From Octopus bimaculoides (taxonomy: Eukaryota): a DNA stretch of 64,000 bases. Below, piece after piece: positions 63,815-64,000 of the stretch (the first letter of the stretch is position 1; the number at the start of each line of letters is the position of its first letter). The stretch is from NCBI RefSeq assembly GCF_001194135.2, contig NC_068995.1, forward strand, positions 56,459,860-56,523,859, given 5' to 3'. Under the pieces are notes generated by a model. That model ran no database searches, was not told the DNA's origin, and was given only the letters and a program-made list of their open reading frames with translations. The position numbers and the translations under genes were made by a program.

Positions 63815-64000
63815 TTAACCCTTTCAATACCAACCCACCTAAGAATGCTTCTGGTTCTACGATGCAAGCTTCTTGTTATAAAATTATCTTAGATTAAAAC
63901 CTTCCATTGAGATTTCATGTTGGTTTATGTTCCAAACACCAACTCAATAACGGCAAAGATATTTTATTAAATTCTTCATTAGTCTCAAAATTCATTGACA
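63815..64000 (+). mobile_element. Second TTAA-CCCTT MITE family, runs off window
   Basis: Begins ttaaccctttcaatacc, a piggyBac-type terminus. Confidence 0.45.

Overview
Very AT-rich eukaryotic genomic DNA with eight N-gaps and dense (TA)n/(CA)n/(GA)n/(ATT)n/(GAT)n microsatellites. The recurring SINE and MITE families look like those of Octopus (coleoid cephalopod); this is recognition, not a database match. Well supported: decayed mobile elements, namely a near full-length frameshifted mariner (43.2-44.4 kb), a Tc1 remnant (1.9-2.5 kb), RTE-LINE and Penelope-like fragments, three or more SINE families in dozens of copies, TTAA-ended MITEs and a ~810 bp fold-back element. I could not recognise any host gene by homology. 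Strand skew, CpG-retaining patches and phase-compatible GT-AG exon candidates suggest several small or multi-exon genes, mostly on the minus strand, all low confidence. Most ORFs in the supplied track are microsatellite or gap artefacts. The best leads are minimal hammerhead-ribozyme-like motifs beside (TA)n tracts (two sit on opposite strands of the fold-back), a 132-codon exon candidate whose donor comes from a SINE head, and a signal-peptide exon chain. None is demonstrated, and I cannot claim a new biological system from sequence alone. Repeat boundaries are approximate.
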